The notes under the pieces are model-generated. The model searched no databases. It was not told the origin of the DNA and saw only the letters and a list, made by a program, of their open reading frames with translations. Below, in pieces: positions 14,227 to 24,651 of a DNA stretch of 64,000 nucleotides. Source of the stretch: Deltaproteobacteria bacterium (GTDB lineage Bacteria > Myxococcota_A > Polyangia > Fen-1088); assembly GCA_033763315.1 (NCBI GenBank), contig JANRKS010000009.1:1-64000 (forward strand), read 5' to 3'. Numbering within the stretch: position 1 is the stretch's first letter; every line of letters begins with the position of its first letter. The translations under genes and the position numbers were made by a program.

Positions 14227-15495
14227 ATGAATCGAAGAAGCCTCTTGGCCACGGTTGGAGCTAGTGTTGGCGTGGCAGGTATACATGCCGAAGGCAAAGC
14301 CACCGCGGTGCAGCCGCCTCCGCTGCCCTGGAAGGATGAAGCCAGCGGGCTCAAGATCGTGGACGTGCGCGTCGTGAAGACCAAACCGGCCACACCACGC
14401 GAAGCCTACACGCCACCAAAGTCGCCCAGCGGGCTTGAATACCAAGGCCACGGTGTGGTGGGCCCGATGTCGGTGTACGAACAATACCGTGGGGCACGAT
14501 CGTCGTACTATCCCAACAAGCCCGGGCTCGACTATTTCACGGTTGAGATCACAACCGACAAGGGCATCAAGGGCTATGGCTTGGGCGGCACGGGCGGTGC
14601 CCTAGTGGTGGAATCGCACCTCGCCCGTCTGCTCATGAATGAAGATCCCTTCAACGTGGATCGCATCTGGGACATCATGTACCGCGGCACCATGCACTAT
14701 AGCGGCGGGCGTGGCATCGCGATCAACGCGATCAGCGGCGTGGATTGCGCGCTGTGGGACATCATCGGCAAAGCGACCAACCTGCCTGTGTACAAGCTGC
14801 TGGGTGGCAAGCACCAAGACAGCGTTCCGTGTTACGCGCACGGCCCCGGGCTTTATGAAGTGTATTTGAAGATGGGCTTCAAACACCTGAAGATCTCCAT
14901 GCCGTATGGCCCTGCATCGGGTGTTGAGGGAATGCGCAAGAATGTGGCGCTCGTCAAACACTTTCGCTCGTTGCTTGGGCCCGATGGCAGATTGGGCGCG
15001 GACTGTTGGATGGGCTGGACAGAGACCTACACAATGCAAATGGCTGAGCTGCTTGGGCCCTACAACGTGATGTGGCTTGAAGAGGTGCTGCCGCCTTATG
15101 ACTACGCCGGGTATGGCCGTTGTCGCGAGAAGATCAAACCCATGTTGCTGAACTCGGGCGAACATGAATACACACGCTACGGTTTTCGCGAGATGCTGGA
15201 ACACCGCTCAGCCGATATCTGGAACCCCGACCTTGAGTGGACGGGCGGCGTCACTGAGGTTCGTCGTATCTCTGCGTTGGCGCAGGCTTACGACATCCCC
15301 ATGATCATGCACGGGGGTGCCGATCACGGAAAAGTTCATGTCACGATGGCGGTCAACAGCCCGATGGCTGAAATGTTTGGAGCGGTGCCCACGAAGCAAT
15401 ATGAGGACGAACATTTCATCACGCGGGGTCCCGAGGGCATCTACACGCGGCCGTCCGAGAAGCCCGGCTTCGGCTGGAACTTCATTGTGGCGTAG
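14227..15495 (+). CDS. Mandelate racemase/enolase superfamily acid-sugar dehydratase (L-rhamnonate dehydratase-like) with a Tat signal
   Basis: MNRRSLL leader; AISGVDCALWD; DCWMGW; WLEEVL; GEHEYTRYGF; PDLEWTGG. Confidence 0.88.
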   Translation: MNRRSLLATVGASVGVAGIHAEGKATAVQPPPLPWKDEASGLKIVDVRVVKTKPATPREAYTPPKSPSGLEYQGHGVVGPMSVYEQYRGARSSYYPNKPGLDYFTVEITTDKGIKGYGLGGTGGALVVESHLARLLMNEDPFNVDRIWDIMYRGTMHYSGGRGIAINAISGVDCALWDIIGKATNLPVYKLLGGKHQDSVPCYAHGPGLYEVYLKMGFKHLKISMPYGPASGVEGMRKNVALVKHFRSLLGPDGRLGADCWMGWTETYTMQMAELLGPYNVMWLEEVLPPYDYAGYGRCREKIKPMLLNSGEHEYTRYGFREMLEHRSADIWNPDLEWTGGVTEVRRISALAQAYDIPMIMHGGADHGKVHVTMAVNSPMAEMFGAVPTKQYEDEHFITRGPEGIYTRPSEKPGFGWNFIVA

Positions 15496-15563
15496 CGGGA
15501 CTCGACGGTCATTGATGCCCCATCGGCCTACCACTGTCGGCCGCGACGATGTAAAAGGCGGCG

Positions 15564-16856
15564 ATGGCAGACTTGGGTCGACGTGATCTTTTGCTGGGGG
15601 CAGCCGCCGCGTCTATGGGGTGCGCCGCACAGCCTGCAGGGCCTCGCACGCCTCAAGGCAGGCCCACCACCATCTTGCTGCGGTCGTCATGGCAAACCGA
15701 AAACATTGGCGACATCGCACACACACCCGGGTTGTTGGCGCTGATTGATCAGCACCTCCCCGGCACCAACGTGATCCTTTGGCCCGAAGCTGTTGATCAT
15801 GGTGTGGCCGAAATGCTCCACGCGAACTTCTCGCGGCTCCAGATCATTCATGGAACCTTGGATGCCGAGGGCAAACCACTGGACGCGACTTTGTCGCAGG
15901 CGTTTGCTGAAGCCGATCTTATGATTCACGGATCCGGCTCAGGCTTGCCCGGTTTTCATCAAGTGCAGGCTTGGAAGAAGGCCACGCGAAAGCCATTTGG
16001 CTTCTTTGGCATAAGTTTGTGGGACATTACAAAGGGGATGCAGCAACTTCTCGAAGGCGCAGATTTTGTGCTCTGCCGCGATAGCCTCTCGGTGGCCAAC
16101 GTTCGGAAAGCCTTGCCCAACGCTTCAGGTGTTGCCTTCGCGCCCGACGCGGCATTTGGCATGCGGGCGCGCGACGACGTCCGTGCGGCCAAGTTCCTGT
16201 CCGATCACAAGCTGAAATCGAAGAACTTTCTGTGCGTCGTCCCACGTCTGCGGCAAACGCCTTATGAGGACATCCGGCGAACCGAGTGGTCAGAAGCGCA
16301 ATTGCAAGCCCGCTTGGATGAGAACGACCGATTCATTGAAGCGGATCACGAGAAGCTGCGCGTCGTCATCGAAACGTGGGTCCGCGAAACCGGGCAACAA
16401 GTGCTGTTGTGCCCCGAGATGACGTACCAGCTAAGACTGTTGCGACCCTGGCTTTACGATCGGTTGCCCGCCGACGTGCAGAAAAGCGTTGTGGTTCGGC
16501 GAACCTTCTGGTTTCCAGACGAAGCCGCATCAACGTATGCGCATGCCAGCGCCGTGGTCAGTGTGGAAATGCACTCGCCAATCTTGGCTTTGATGGCAGG
16601 CACGCCTGCGTTTTACATTCGCCAACCTTCAGATACGGTCAAAGGCCAGATGTGGCGAGACATCGGCCTTGCGCCTTGGACGTTTGAGATCGACTCTGTC
16701 AACGCACAATCGCTCGCAGAAGCTGTGGTGCAAGCGGGCACGCGCCTCACGGAAAGCCAGAGGCTCGTGGCTGCCGCAACGGCCTTCGTGAAGGAGCAAC
16801 AGCAGCAGGCCATGAGCCACGTGGCAAGGGGCTTGCGCGAGCGTAGGGGCCTCTAG
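15564..16856 (+). CDS. Polysaccharide pyruvyl transferase family protein with a Tat/lipoprotein leader
   Basis: GRRDLLLG...MGC leader; SSWQTENIGDIAHTPG; CRDSLS; APDAAF; EMHSPI. Confidence 0.82.
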   Translation: MADLGRRDLLLGAAAASMGCAAQPAGPRTPQGRPTTILLRSSWQTENIGDIAHTPGLLALIDQHLPGTNVILWPEAVDHGVAEMLHANFSRLQIIHGTLDAEGKPLDATLSQAFAEADLMIHGSGSGLPGFHQVQAWKKATRKPFGFFGISLWDITKGMQQLLEGADFVLCRDSLSVANVRKALPNASGVAFAPDAAFGMRARDDVRAAKFLSDHKLKSKNFLCVVPRLRQTPYEDIRRTEWSEAQLQARLDENDRFIEADHEKLRVVIETWVRETGQQVLLCPEMTYQLRLLRPWLYDRLPADVQKSVVVRRTFWFPDEAASTYAHASAVVSVEMHSPILALMAGTPAFYIRQPSDTVKGQMWRDIGLAPWTFEIDSVNAQSLAEAVVQAGTRLTESQRLVAAATAFVKEQQQQAMSHVARGLRERRGL

Positions 16857-17083
16857 GTCAGATCGTTAAGAGGCCCGGCGGTGCAAAACTTGGCCGCCAT
16901 TAGAACAAAACGAATAGTTTGCGTTGAGACGTGGCTGCGCGGGAGGATTTTCACGGAGAAAAGCGTAGCGTTCGGAGGCATTGCCGTAAGTCCCACTCAC
17001 AGGTGACAGGCGCGTGATCCACCGCAATGAAACGAGACGATCGATCTACCTGCCATTGTGCGATTGGCATAAAGTGGCGCCGC

Positions 17084-18628
17084 ATGGATCGAATTGCGTT
17101 CGCGCTGGTGGTCACCTGTGTTTCTCTGGTTGCGTGCCATGTGGCGCCCGCAGTTGATGCGGGTCGCACCCGTGAGCCACCCATGAACGTCCTCGTGATT
17201 GTAGGTGACGATCACGCCACGCAAGCCTTTGGCGCCTATGGCGCCGAGCGCGCCACCACACCACATCTTGACGAACTCGCGCGCCAAAGTGTGCGGCTCT
17301 CGCGCGCTTACGCCAACAACCCGGTGTGTACGCCTTCACGCCAGTCGATGCTAACGGGCCTTCTTCCTCACCGGGCGGGTGTCACGCTGCTTGAATCCGC
17401 GTTGAGCGAATCCACTTTGTCGCTGGCCGACCACCTGGGGGCGCATGGTTATAGAACAGCCATCATCGGCAAGACTCACTTCAACAGCGCGTCTAAGCAC
17501 GGCTTCGATCTAGCGGCAGACACGGGCGAGTATCGCAAGCATTTGAAGCTACATCCGCCAAAGGCGGTCCCGCCCCAGCAGAAGGTGCGGGGGCCTTGGC
17601 GCCCTTTCAAGGATCCACCCCGCGTGTGGCTCAACGCAGACGCATTGCCCGAAGACAAGTTCGAGGACGATACGCAATCCGCATTTCTCGTCAACACAAC
17701 GCTCGGTTTTATCGACGAAGCACACGCACGCAAGCAGCCATTCTTGGTGTGGCTCGCTTTTCACGAACCACACAGCCCTTATAACTTTCCCGTGGAGTAC
17801 GCGGGCCGCGTCGACCCCGGACAGATGCGTGTGCCAGACGTGTTGCCTCAAGATTTTGGGCAAGTGCCCTTGGTGTTCAAAGATCTAAGCGACAACGACA
17901 AACGCGGTATCGTAGCGGCCTACCACACGTCGGTGATGTTCATGGACGCCATGATTGGCCGCGCCTTGGCAGGCCTGCGCGCGCGTGGGCTCGACAAGAA
18001 CACGCTGGTGATTTACGTGAGCGATCACGGTTATCATTTGGGGCAGCACGGGCGCTTCGAGAAGCACAGCTTTTACGAGAATTCTGTGCGCACCCCCTTT
18101 CTGCTGCGGGCGCCTGGCATGGCACACGGGCAAACGAACCGCGCGCTCGTAGAGCTTATCGATCTGTTTCCAACCATAAGCGATTATGCAGGGGTCCCAC
18201 TCCCGCCTTTGATGCACGGCCTAAGCGTGCGTCCGTTGGTGGAAGGGCACACGTCGGCACTTCGTCCGTTCGCCTTTTCGACCTACCAACAAAACGAAGA
18301 GGCCATGGTCCTTACGGACGAATGGAAGTTCGTGTACCAGCGTGGGCAGGTGATGCGTTCAGATGGCTACGAAGACTCAAACCCCACACCTGGCCGCCAG
18401 CGCATCCTCTATAACGTTGCCAACGATCCCGATGAAGTCCACAACGTAGCTGAGCAAAACCCAGCCGTCGTCAAACAGATGGAAGACACGATGGTGAAAA
18501 GATTCGCGGCCACCTGGCCGAACGATTTGCCGGTGTCTGCATCGGCATCGGCGGAGGATATGTTGGACGTATATGTCCAAGCCCCCGAAAGGCTTCGAGC
18601 CACCGAAAGCCGTTTGCGGTCAAACTGA
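17084..18628 (+). CDS. Sulfatase (formylglycine type), probable lipoprotein
   Basis: GDDH; CTPSRQSMLTG; GKTH; EPHSP; SDHGYHLGQHG-FEK; LVAC lipobox. Confidence 0.93.
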   Translation: MDRIAFALVVTCVSLVACHVAPAVDAGRTREPPMNVLVIVGDDHATQAFGAYGAERATTPHLDELARQSVRLSRAYANNPVCTPSRQSMLTGLLPHRAGVTLLESALSESTLSLADHLGAHGYRTAIIGKTHFNSASKHGFDLAADTGEYRKHLKLHPPKAVPPQQKVRGPWRPFKDPPRVWLNADALPEDKFEDDTQSAFLVNTTLGFIDEAHARKQPFLVWLAFHEPHSPYNFPVEYAGRVDPGQMRVPDVLPQDFGQVPLVFKDLSDNDKRGIVAAYHTSVMFMDAMIGRALAGLRARGLDKNTLVIYVSDHGYHLGQHGRFEKHSFYENSVRTPFLLRAPGMAHGQTNRALVELIDLFPTISDYAGVPLPPLMHGLSVRPLVEGHTSALRPFAFSTYQQNEEAMVLTDEWKFVYQRGQVMRSDGYEDSNPTPGRQRILYNVANDPDEVHNVAEQNPAVVKQMEDTMVKRFAATWPNDLPVSASASAEDMLDVYVQAPERLRATESRLRSN

Positions 18629-18664
18629 ATAGGCGCTCAAGAATTCGGCGTTGCTGCCGATGGC

Positions 18665-19546
18665 TTGCTCGTGGTGCCGCGCGCTTTGACATGGCTGCTG
18701 TTGGCGTTTGCGAGCGCCAACTGCGGTCGCTTTGGCTACGATCCTATCGTTGCCGGGGATGTTGGGCGCGACGCGGCCATGTCTCCCGACGGCGTTGACG
18801 CGGGCAGAACGGACGTGAATGCAACCGATGTAGACGTCGATGCGAGTCCTTCTGACGCGTCTAGCGCTGGCTGCGGATCCACGAGCATTGCGGACTGGCT
18901 TGTTTGTGAAGGGTTCGAGACCCCGCAATCGGAGCAGGGTAGCCCCGCATTCATTTCGCCAGGCTCTTCGGTCGAGCGCTCAATGGCAACGATGCCGAGC
19001 CCCCATGCGGGACGAGCGATGCTGCGAGCCATGGCACCCCAATCCCGCGCACAGCAGATCAGCTCTGCGTACATCTCAAGGAACTTCGAGGAACGAAGTG
19101 AGGGACAACTCTTCGCGCGAGCCCACCTGTATCTGCCGCCCACCATGTCAACCAGTCGTAATTGGATGGTGCTTCTGAAGTTGTGGTCACCAGGCGACAC
19201 AAACGGCGACTCCAAGATTTCCTTCGATCTCCTCGACGGCGATATCATCCAGCTGGCGGTGAATCCGGCAAATGAGTTTCCTAAAGCTGCGATGGCAACG
19301 CCACTGAGGGGGCGTTGGTTTTGTGTTGAACTTGGGGTCGGTCTGTCTGGGCCCCGGGGCGAGGGCCAGGCGTGGCTTTATATAGACGGCAACCTAATCC
19401 TTAGTTCGTCAGAAGGAATTGCCACCATCAAGACGCGAGGGATCGATCGGCTCTCGTTTGGCCTGGACGTCTCCGGCGCAGACAGGGCGAGCGAAGTGCT
19501 TGTGGACGACGTTGTTGTGGCAACGAAGCGAATAGGATGTGAATAG
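18665..19546 (+). CDS. Lipoprotein with a C-terminal beta-sandwich (polysaccharide lyase/LamG-like) domain
   Basis: CGRFGYD after a hydrophobic leader; D/A-rich linker; LVCEGFE; RGRWFCVEL; VDDVVVA...RIGC; start uncertain. Confidence 0.7.
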   Translation: MLVVPRALTWLLLAFASANCGRFGYDPIVAGDVGRDAAMSPDGVDAGRTDVNATDVDVDASPSDASSAGCGSTSIADWLVCEGFETPQSEQGSPAFISPGSSVERSMATMPSPHAGRAMLRAMAPQSRAQQISSAYISRNFEERSEGQLFARAHLYLPPTMSTSRNWMVLLKLWSPGDTNGDSKISFDLLDGDIIQLAVNPANEFPKAAMATPLRGRWFCVELGVGLSGPRGEGQAWLYIDGNLILSSSEGIATIKTRGIDRLSFGLDVSGADRASEVLVDDVVVATKRIGCE

Positions 19547-19563
19547 CGAAGCGTCGTAGCCCT
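19523..19563 (+). repeat. 41-bp direct repeat, copy 1 (lipoprotein 3' end plus downstream)
   Basis: acgaagcgaataggatgtgaatagcgaagcgtcgtagccct; 38/41 identical to 24907-24947. Confidence 0.9.
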
Positions 19564-19595
19564 GACCTGACTGATTGCCGCCCCCGTTGCAGCCT

Positions 19596-21476
19596 TTACT
19601 TCACATCGACACAGCCAAGGTACCCCACCTGCGAAGATATCCGAAACTGACCCTTGGGTAACCAGGCCTCGAACGAACCGTCGGGCAACGAGGTTAGCAC
19701 CCCGATTTGGGATTCGGGCCCTGTTGGGTCTCGCACGGCGTCGACTCTCTCGAACGTCAACCTCTCCATCCTCTCGCCGCCAACCGCGGCTCGTCCGACA
19801 ACGCTCTTGGGGTCGTAGGTGACGGTAACTTCGCTCGCATCGCTTGGTACCTCAATGGGTGCCATGACGACAAAAAGGCGCTCGCTGTTCTCTGTCTCGG
19901 ATAGAAGGGGACGCAAGGGCATGCCAAGCGGAATCTCCGCTGTTCCGTTCATGACGGGAGCTGAACCCAAAAGCCTCATGGCGGCATTGCTTCGGGTCGG
20001 CGCAATGAACTTGATGTTCAACCGCCGAGAGCGCAGGTCGACCACAGGGTTCGATGTGCCCAGAAATCTTTCCGCGCTACCTAGCCCGTATTGCAGCGCA
20101 GAGTTGGTTTCTGGATCTCGCAGTTCTACAGAGACGTTGAAGGGCATCCCCTTAGGGACCTTGAGACGGAACGAACCATCCGGACGAAGTGCGGTCAAGG
20201 CCACCGCAGCAGCGAACCCAGGGTGTGCCTCCGAATCTGCGGAGACTCTCAGATTGGTTGTCGTGGTGGTCGGCACGTTGCCGTTCAACGTCACCCTTGC
20301 CGCAAGGTCAACCAGCTCGAAGTCCAGATCGAGTGACCGATCTCGATCTATTTTGTGCAGGCCTCCGGGAAGGCGAAGGTTCAACAGCGGCCCGGCCTCC
20401 CTTGATACCAGCGTCACGAGGGTTTCATAAACGCTGTCGGGTAGGGCCGCGCGAAACTCGCCTGGGTTGCTCGTGGGCTGTGCCATGAAAGTGGCTCGCG
20501 GCGACACAAGATAGATGTTCGCGATGTTTGTAGGCGCTGCGCCCTTCACGTTCACTTTAAAGGTCACAGCTCGGACAGGAATGTTGAGCCGCGGTACTGT
20601 CGTTTCACTGCCGCTCCCCTTGACCTCGAACGTAGCCAGGGGAGGCGGATTGATGGGAAGCTCAAGCAGCTGTTTCTGATAGGAGCGGCTGTCGATCCCA
20701 CCAGCGAGGCTGAAAGTGGACGAAACGTTTGGTCCCAGCAACTCGATGACGTCGAATCGCCCCGGCAAGTAATCAAACTCAAACTCACCTAGCTCTTTTT
20801 CCATGCGGGATAGATTGGGCGGTACGGCATTCCTACCTACGAAAAAGCGCGCGCCTGATTCGTGCTGGAACGTCACCTTGTCAAGGGCGAACGGCACGGT
20901 TCCTCTCACCGTTACGAGTGCGGGGAAGGGCACGCGAATCGTCGTCGAGTCCTTATCCACGCTGACGGTGCCTATGGGCAGATCGCCTATGGGCACGCGG
21001 CTCAAGGGGCCCATGTTTGCAAAGACGTTCGCGATGAGCTGATACGTACCGAACGGCACCAGGGTTGCCGTAGGGGCTTGCGCCAAGAGGATGCGATGCG
21101 CATCGTTCTTCAAGAAGAGACTCGCCGCAAGAGGTGAAGCGAGCGGTGCACCGTTGGCTTCGGTGACCTCAACAATCACCCGTTTTCCGTCGAGAGCCAG
21201 CGACAACGGGGCGGATGCGCTTTGACATGTCACACACCGTCCGCCAATCAGAACGAGGCCTGCGTTACAGTTGCATATGGGCGTGCCTCGAAAAGCTTCA
21301 CACACACCGCCCGCGCATTCGAAGCCGCTGCAAGGATCGGGTTCGGCATCCAATTGTGCGTCGACGCCAGCGTCGTTCATAACAACGGTTGCGTCGACGC
21401 TCGATTCACTAGAATTGCCACCGCAGGCGGCCAGCGCCCACAACAATACAACGATACAAGGTGACTTGCGGGTCAT
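19596..21476 (-). CDS. Lipoprotein with an EGF-like Cys cluster and beta-rich domains
   Basis: LAAC lipobox; CSGFECAGGVC...CNCNAGLVLIGGRC. Confidence 0.75.
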   Translation of the reverse strand: MTRKSPCIVVLLWALAACGGNSSESSVDATVVMNDAGVDAQLDAEPDPCSGFECAGGVCEAFRGTPICNCNAGLVLIGGRCVTCQSASAPLSLALDGKRVIVEVTEANGAPLASPLAASLFLKNDAHRILLAQAPTATLVPFGTYQLIANVFANMGPLSRVPIGDLPIGTVSVDKDSTTIRVPFPALVTVRGTVPFALDKVTFQHESGARFFVGRNAVPPNLSRMEKELGEFEFDYLPGRFDVIELLGPNVSSTFSLAGGIDSRSYQKQLLELPINPPPLATFEVKGSGSETTVPRLNIPVRAVTFKVNVKGAAPTNIANIYLVSPRATFMAQPTSNPGEFRAALPDSVYETLVTLVSREAGPLLNLRLPGGLHKIDRDRSLDLDFELVDLAARVTLNGNVPTTTTTNLRVSADSEAHPGFAAAVALTALRPDGSFRLKVPKGMPFNVSVELRDPETNSALQYGLGSAERFLGTSNPVVDLRSRRLNIKFIAPTRSNAAMRLLGSAPVMNGTAEIPLGMPLRPLLSETENSERLFVVMAPIEVPSDASEVTVTYDPKSVVGRAAVGGERMERLTFERVDAVRDPTGPESQIGVLTSLPDGSFEAWLPKGQFRISSQVGYLGCVDVK

Positions 21477-23284
21477 TGAGGAAACCCCTTTTGGAAGAGC
21501 GTCTGAATCTCATTCGCTTCAACGATACGTGACCAAATCACAACCTCATCGATAAGCCCCCGAAACGGGCTGGTTGATGTGACAACGCCGTTGGGTTCAC
21601 CAGGCAGGCCGCCGATGAGAATCGAGGGGTCGGAGGTCCATAGTATGTTGGGTCCCGGAAACGACAACACCGAAACTCCATCGGCGTAAAGCTGGGATGA
21701 GGTGCCATCGGTCGTGGCGCACAGCAGGTGCCACGCTTCATCCAACACGGTGGCAGACTCTACCGTCGAGGCCGCGCTTAGCACTCTCTCTTGGCGCGAC
21801 AGAGCGGGCTTTCCATCGAAGAGTCCCAACGTGATTGGTGCGGTCCCAGGTTTGTCGCGGATCGCGAAGACAGACTGAGGGCCAGGTGTGGGAACTTTGC
21901 TCGGCTGCAGCCATGCGCACGCCGAGAAGCCATTGTTCTCGTTGATCTGGCTGAGGAGGAAGCTCGTGTATGGAACCCGCACAAATCGAAACATTCCCGC
22001 GGTCTCCCCATCGAAGCGCAAAGCTTTTCCGGTTTTTCCCGGTACCCAAGGCGGCTCAGCTTCAACGGGGGCGTTTGTGAGCTTTCCGACGCTCACTTGC
22101 CCCGTCAAGGCCGCTCGCCCAGGAGCGGGCACAGCGCTGCCAGCGTCCTGATCGAAGGTCCACCGCGCGATGACTGCGTCTGCCAAGGAGCCAACCACCT
22201 TGAATCGCAACGGGACGGCCATAAAGGACGCCGATTGATTGATGCCGCTTTCGATGAACAGCGAGCTTCGAGGACTGGCTGCACCTGGCGCGGGCGCATT
22301 TGCAACGACGACCTCGCAGCTGTCGCCCGTTCGCAAAGATTTGCCCTGACAGGTTTGACTGTCGATGACGAACGAAGAGGGGAAGCGATCTCCCCCGATG
22401 CCGGGGACCACGGGGGGCCATTGTATTCCTTCGGCACCCGACGCTGTAACCGTGAACTTCTTGGTTAAACTTTGCCCCGCGGCAATGACACCAAAATCCC
22501 CATCACTCGGCGAGATGGTAAGTGTGCCTCCGGCGCGGGCGTCCGCCCGCAACGCGAACGAAATGGCCATGCTCTTGCCGTCCAGCGTGTAGTCGATCTT
22601 CACCGAAGCCTCGTCCGCCCCGGGTTCCCTGCGTTGGTAGAACCCGCGAAGCACGCACGTGTGTTTGGCTAAAAGGCGTCCCTGACAGCCGAAGTTGCTC
22701 AATCGGAACCCGCCAACGTCTGCGGCGTTGATCGAGGTTATCTCCGCATCCACATCACCAGCGTTCACCAAATTGAGCGTGAGTCTGTGCTCAACGCCAA
22801 CCGGAACCTTGCCCAGGTCAAGCGAGGCTGGCGAGACAGCCACCGGTCCCACTTGGCTGCCCTCACCTTCAAGCATCGCGGAAAAAGTTCTCGCGTCTGT
22901 GCCCTCACCACCCGTGATCTGCAACAGGCCCGCGTGCGGGCCCGATAGCTTCGGAGTAAAAGAGATTACGACTTCGCAAGTTTCACCCGGTCCGAGGCCT
23001 GACTCGCAGTGATCCTCGGCGATTGCAAACGCACCAGCTTCGTCGTTTGCGGTAGAGACCAACAGGGGGCCGGAAGGCGAGCTGCCGCTGTTGAGCACAA
23101 CTGCCGTCTGGGACGCGGAATCGCCTCCCACCCTTGTCGTCTCGAAGCGGAAGGCACGCGGCTCGATGTTCAAGACAATCTGAATTCCATTGCCTGCATC
23201 CGGCGCTGGCTTGTCGCTGTCCCCGTTGCCGGGGGAGCATGCGGCCAAAAAAAGTAGAATTTTTAGGTGGTGCGTTTTTAACAT
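21473..23284 (-). CDS. Lipoprotein with three Ig-like (choice-of-anchor D/ASPM-SPD2-Hydin-like) repeats and a C-terminal LamG domain
   Basis: LAAC lipobox; repeats such as LGPGETCEVVISFTP; ARWTFD...GKTGKALRFDG...FRGLIDEVVIW. Confidence 0.82.
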   Translation of the reverse strand: MLKTHHLKILLFLAACSPGNGDSDKPAPDAGNGIQIVLNIEPRAFRFETTRVGGDSASQTAVVLNSGSSPSGPLLVSTANDEAGAFAIAEDHCESGLGPGETCEVVISFTPKLSGPHAGLLQITGGEGTDARTFSAMLEGEGSQVGPVAVSPASLDLGKVPVGVEHRLTLNLVNAGDVDAEITSINAADVGGFRLSNFGCQGRLLAKHTCVLRGFYQRREPGADEASVKIDYTLDGKSMAISFALRADARAGGTLTISPSDGDFGVIAAGQSLTKKFTVTASGAEGIQWPPVVPGIGGDRFPSSFVIDSQTCQGKSLRTGDSCEVVVANAPAPGAASPRSSLFIESGINQSASFMAVPLRFKVVGSLADAVIARWTFDQDAGSAVPAPGRAALTGQVSVGKLTNAPVEAEPPWVPGKTGKALRFDGETAGMFRFVRVPYTSFLLSQINENNGFSACAWLQPSKVPTPGPQSVFAIRDKPGTAPITLGLFDGKPALSRQERVLSAASTVESATVLDEAWHLLCATTDGTSSQLYADGVSVLSFPGPNILWTSDPSILIGGLPGEPNGVVTSTSPFRGLIDEVVIWSRIVEANEIQTLFQKGFPQ

Positions 23285-23424
23285 GAAGCGGGAAGCATCG
23301 TCCCATACGCGCGTCGTCCGTACAACGGTACTTTGGCGAATTCAGGGAGACGCCAAACGCCGATCCGCCAGCGGTGCGCTCGACTCGACTGCCAAAACGG
23401 GCTCGCGACCGTCTGTAAAGCATT

Positions 23425-23451
23425 CCGGCATATTTCCGGGACAATTGCCGG
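23425..23451. promoter_or_regulatory. Imperfect 27-bp palindrome directly before the ATPase pseudogene start
   Basis: ccggca-tatttccgggacaat-tgccgg; ATG at 23454. Confidence 0.4.
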
Positions 23452-23453
23452 CG

Positions 23454-24195
23454 ATGTTTCAGAGACAACTGGCCCCCCCCGACTCAACCACATTGCTGCT
23501 TGGTCCCCGGGCCACCGGCAAATCGACGTGGATCGAGCAAGTTCTACCCAAGGCCCACCGGTGGGATCTCCTAAACACCAGGAAAACTCAAGCGCGGTGG
23601 AGCGAACCTACTGGCGGGTCGCGCGGTTTCAGCTGAAATTGGCGCGGCACTTAACGTTCAACAAGTTCCATACGGTTGCTTGCCGAGGGTCATAGGTGCC
23701 AAGAACCCGCAGCCATATTTAGAATCGTATGTGGACACTTACATTCGCGAAGAGGTGCAGGCGGAGGCGCTGACTCGAAACATAGGTGCCTTCGCGCGGT
23801 TTCTTGAAGTGGCGGCCAGACAGAATGGGCAGGTAACAAATACCTCCAACGTCTCCCGCGACGCGCAGGTGGCGCGACAAACGGTTCAAGGATACTTCGA
23901 TGTTCTGGTAGACACGTTGCTCGGGTTTTGGCTGCCGGCTTGGAAACTCAAACGGGCAACGAAATTGGTCGCACATCCGAAGTTTTACTTTTTCGATGCA
24001 GGTGTCGCGCGCACACTAACCGGAAGGTTGGCGTATCCGCCAACCCCAGAAGAGTTCGGCCCTCTGTTTGAGACGTGGTTGTTGCACGAGATACGTGCCT
24101 ACCTCTCTTATGCGGGGCTTTCGTATCCCCTTCAGTTCTTTAGAACGCACGATCACGTCATGGACTCATGCATCGCTGCGTGTTACGAACAATAG
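23454..24195 (+). pseudogene. Decayed AAA_14/DUF4143 ATPase
   Basis: MFQRQL...GPRATGKSTW...DLLNT, then a frameshift near 23577 to KLKRGGANLLAGRA; Walker B missing; HPKFYFFDAG present; truncated after FFRTHD. Confidence 0.88.
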
Positions 24196-24651
24196 GTGTT
24201 GTTGAAGCGATCGCGCTTGGCCGCTCTTGCTGGCATCGCCTTTGCGATTGCTGCAGCGGCCGCCGTCTATGCGACCCCCGCAGCGCGGACCACTGGTGAA
24301 TTTGCGACTGGGCGTCCACAGCTTAGCGCGCTGACATCCGAGCTTGGTTCGTGGCCGGAGAATAGGCCGCTGCTGCGTCATGAGTTGCGAACCGAGCGTA
24401 CGTCTGATCGCCGCACGCCGGATCCCACGCCAAACAACGGGCTGTGGGTTTCGTGGACAAAGATTGAGATAGACTTCGCCGCTGCGACAAAGCCTGCGAC
24501 GAGTGATCAATGCAGCGGCACGGCCATCTGCGGCCGCTCCGAATCTTCGGGTCGGACCTCACGTGGACCACCGGCTTAACCTCGTAAAGAAGGTTTGAGC
24601 TTAAGTGGTAAGGCGCATCGCTTGCGGTGTGCCCAACGGAGGATTTTGACC

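Noticed and set aside
24196-24579. 127-aa ORF with a signal-like N-terminus
   Set aside because: No recognisable domain, weak start, and it lies in a decayed region.
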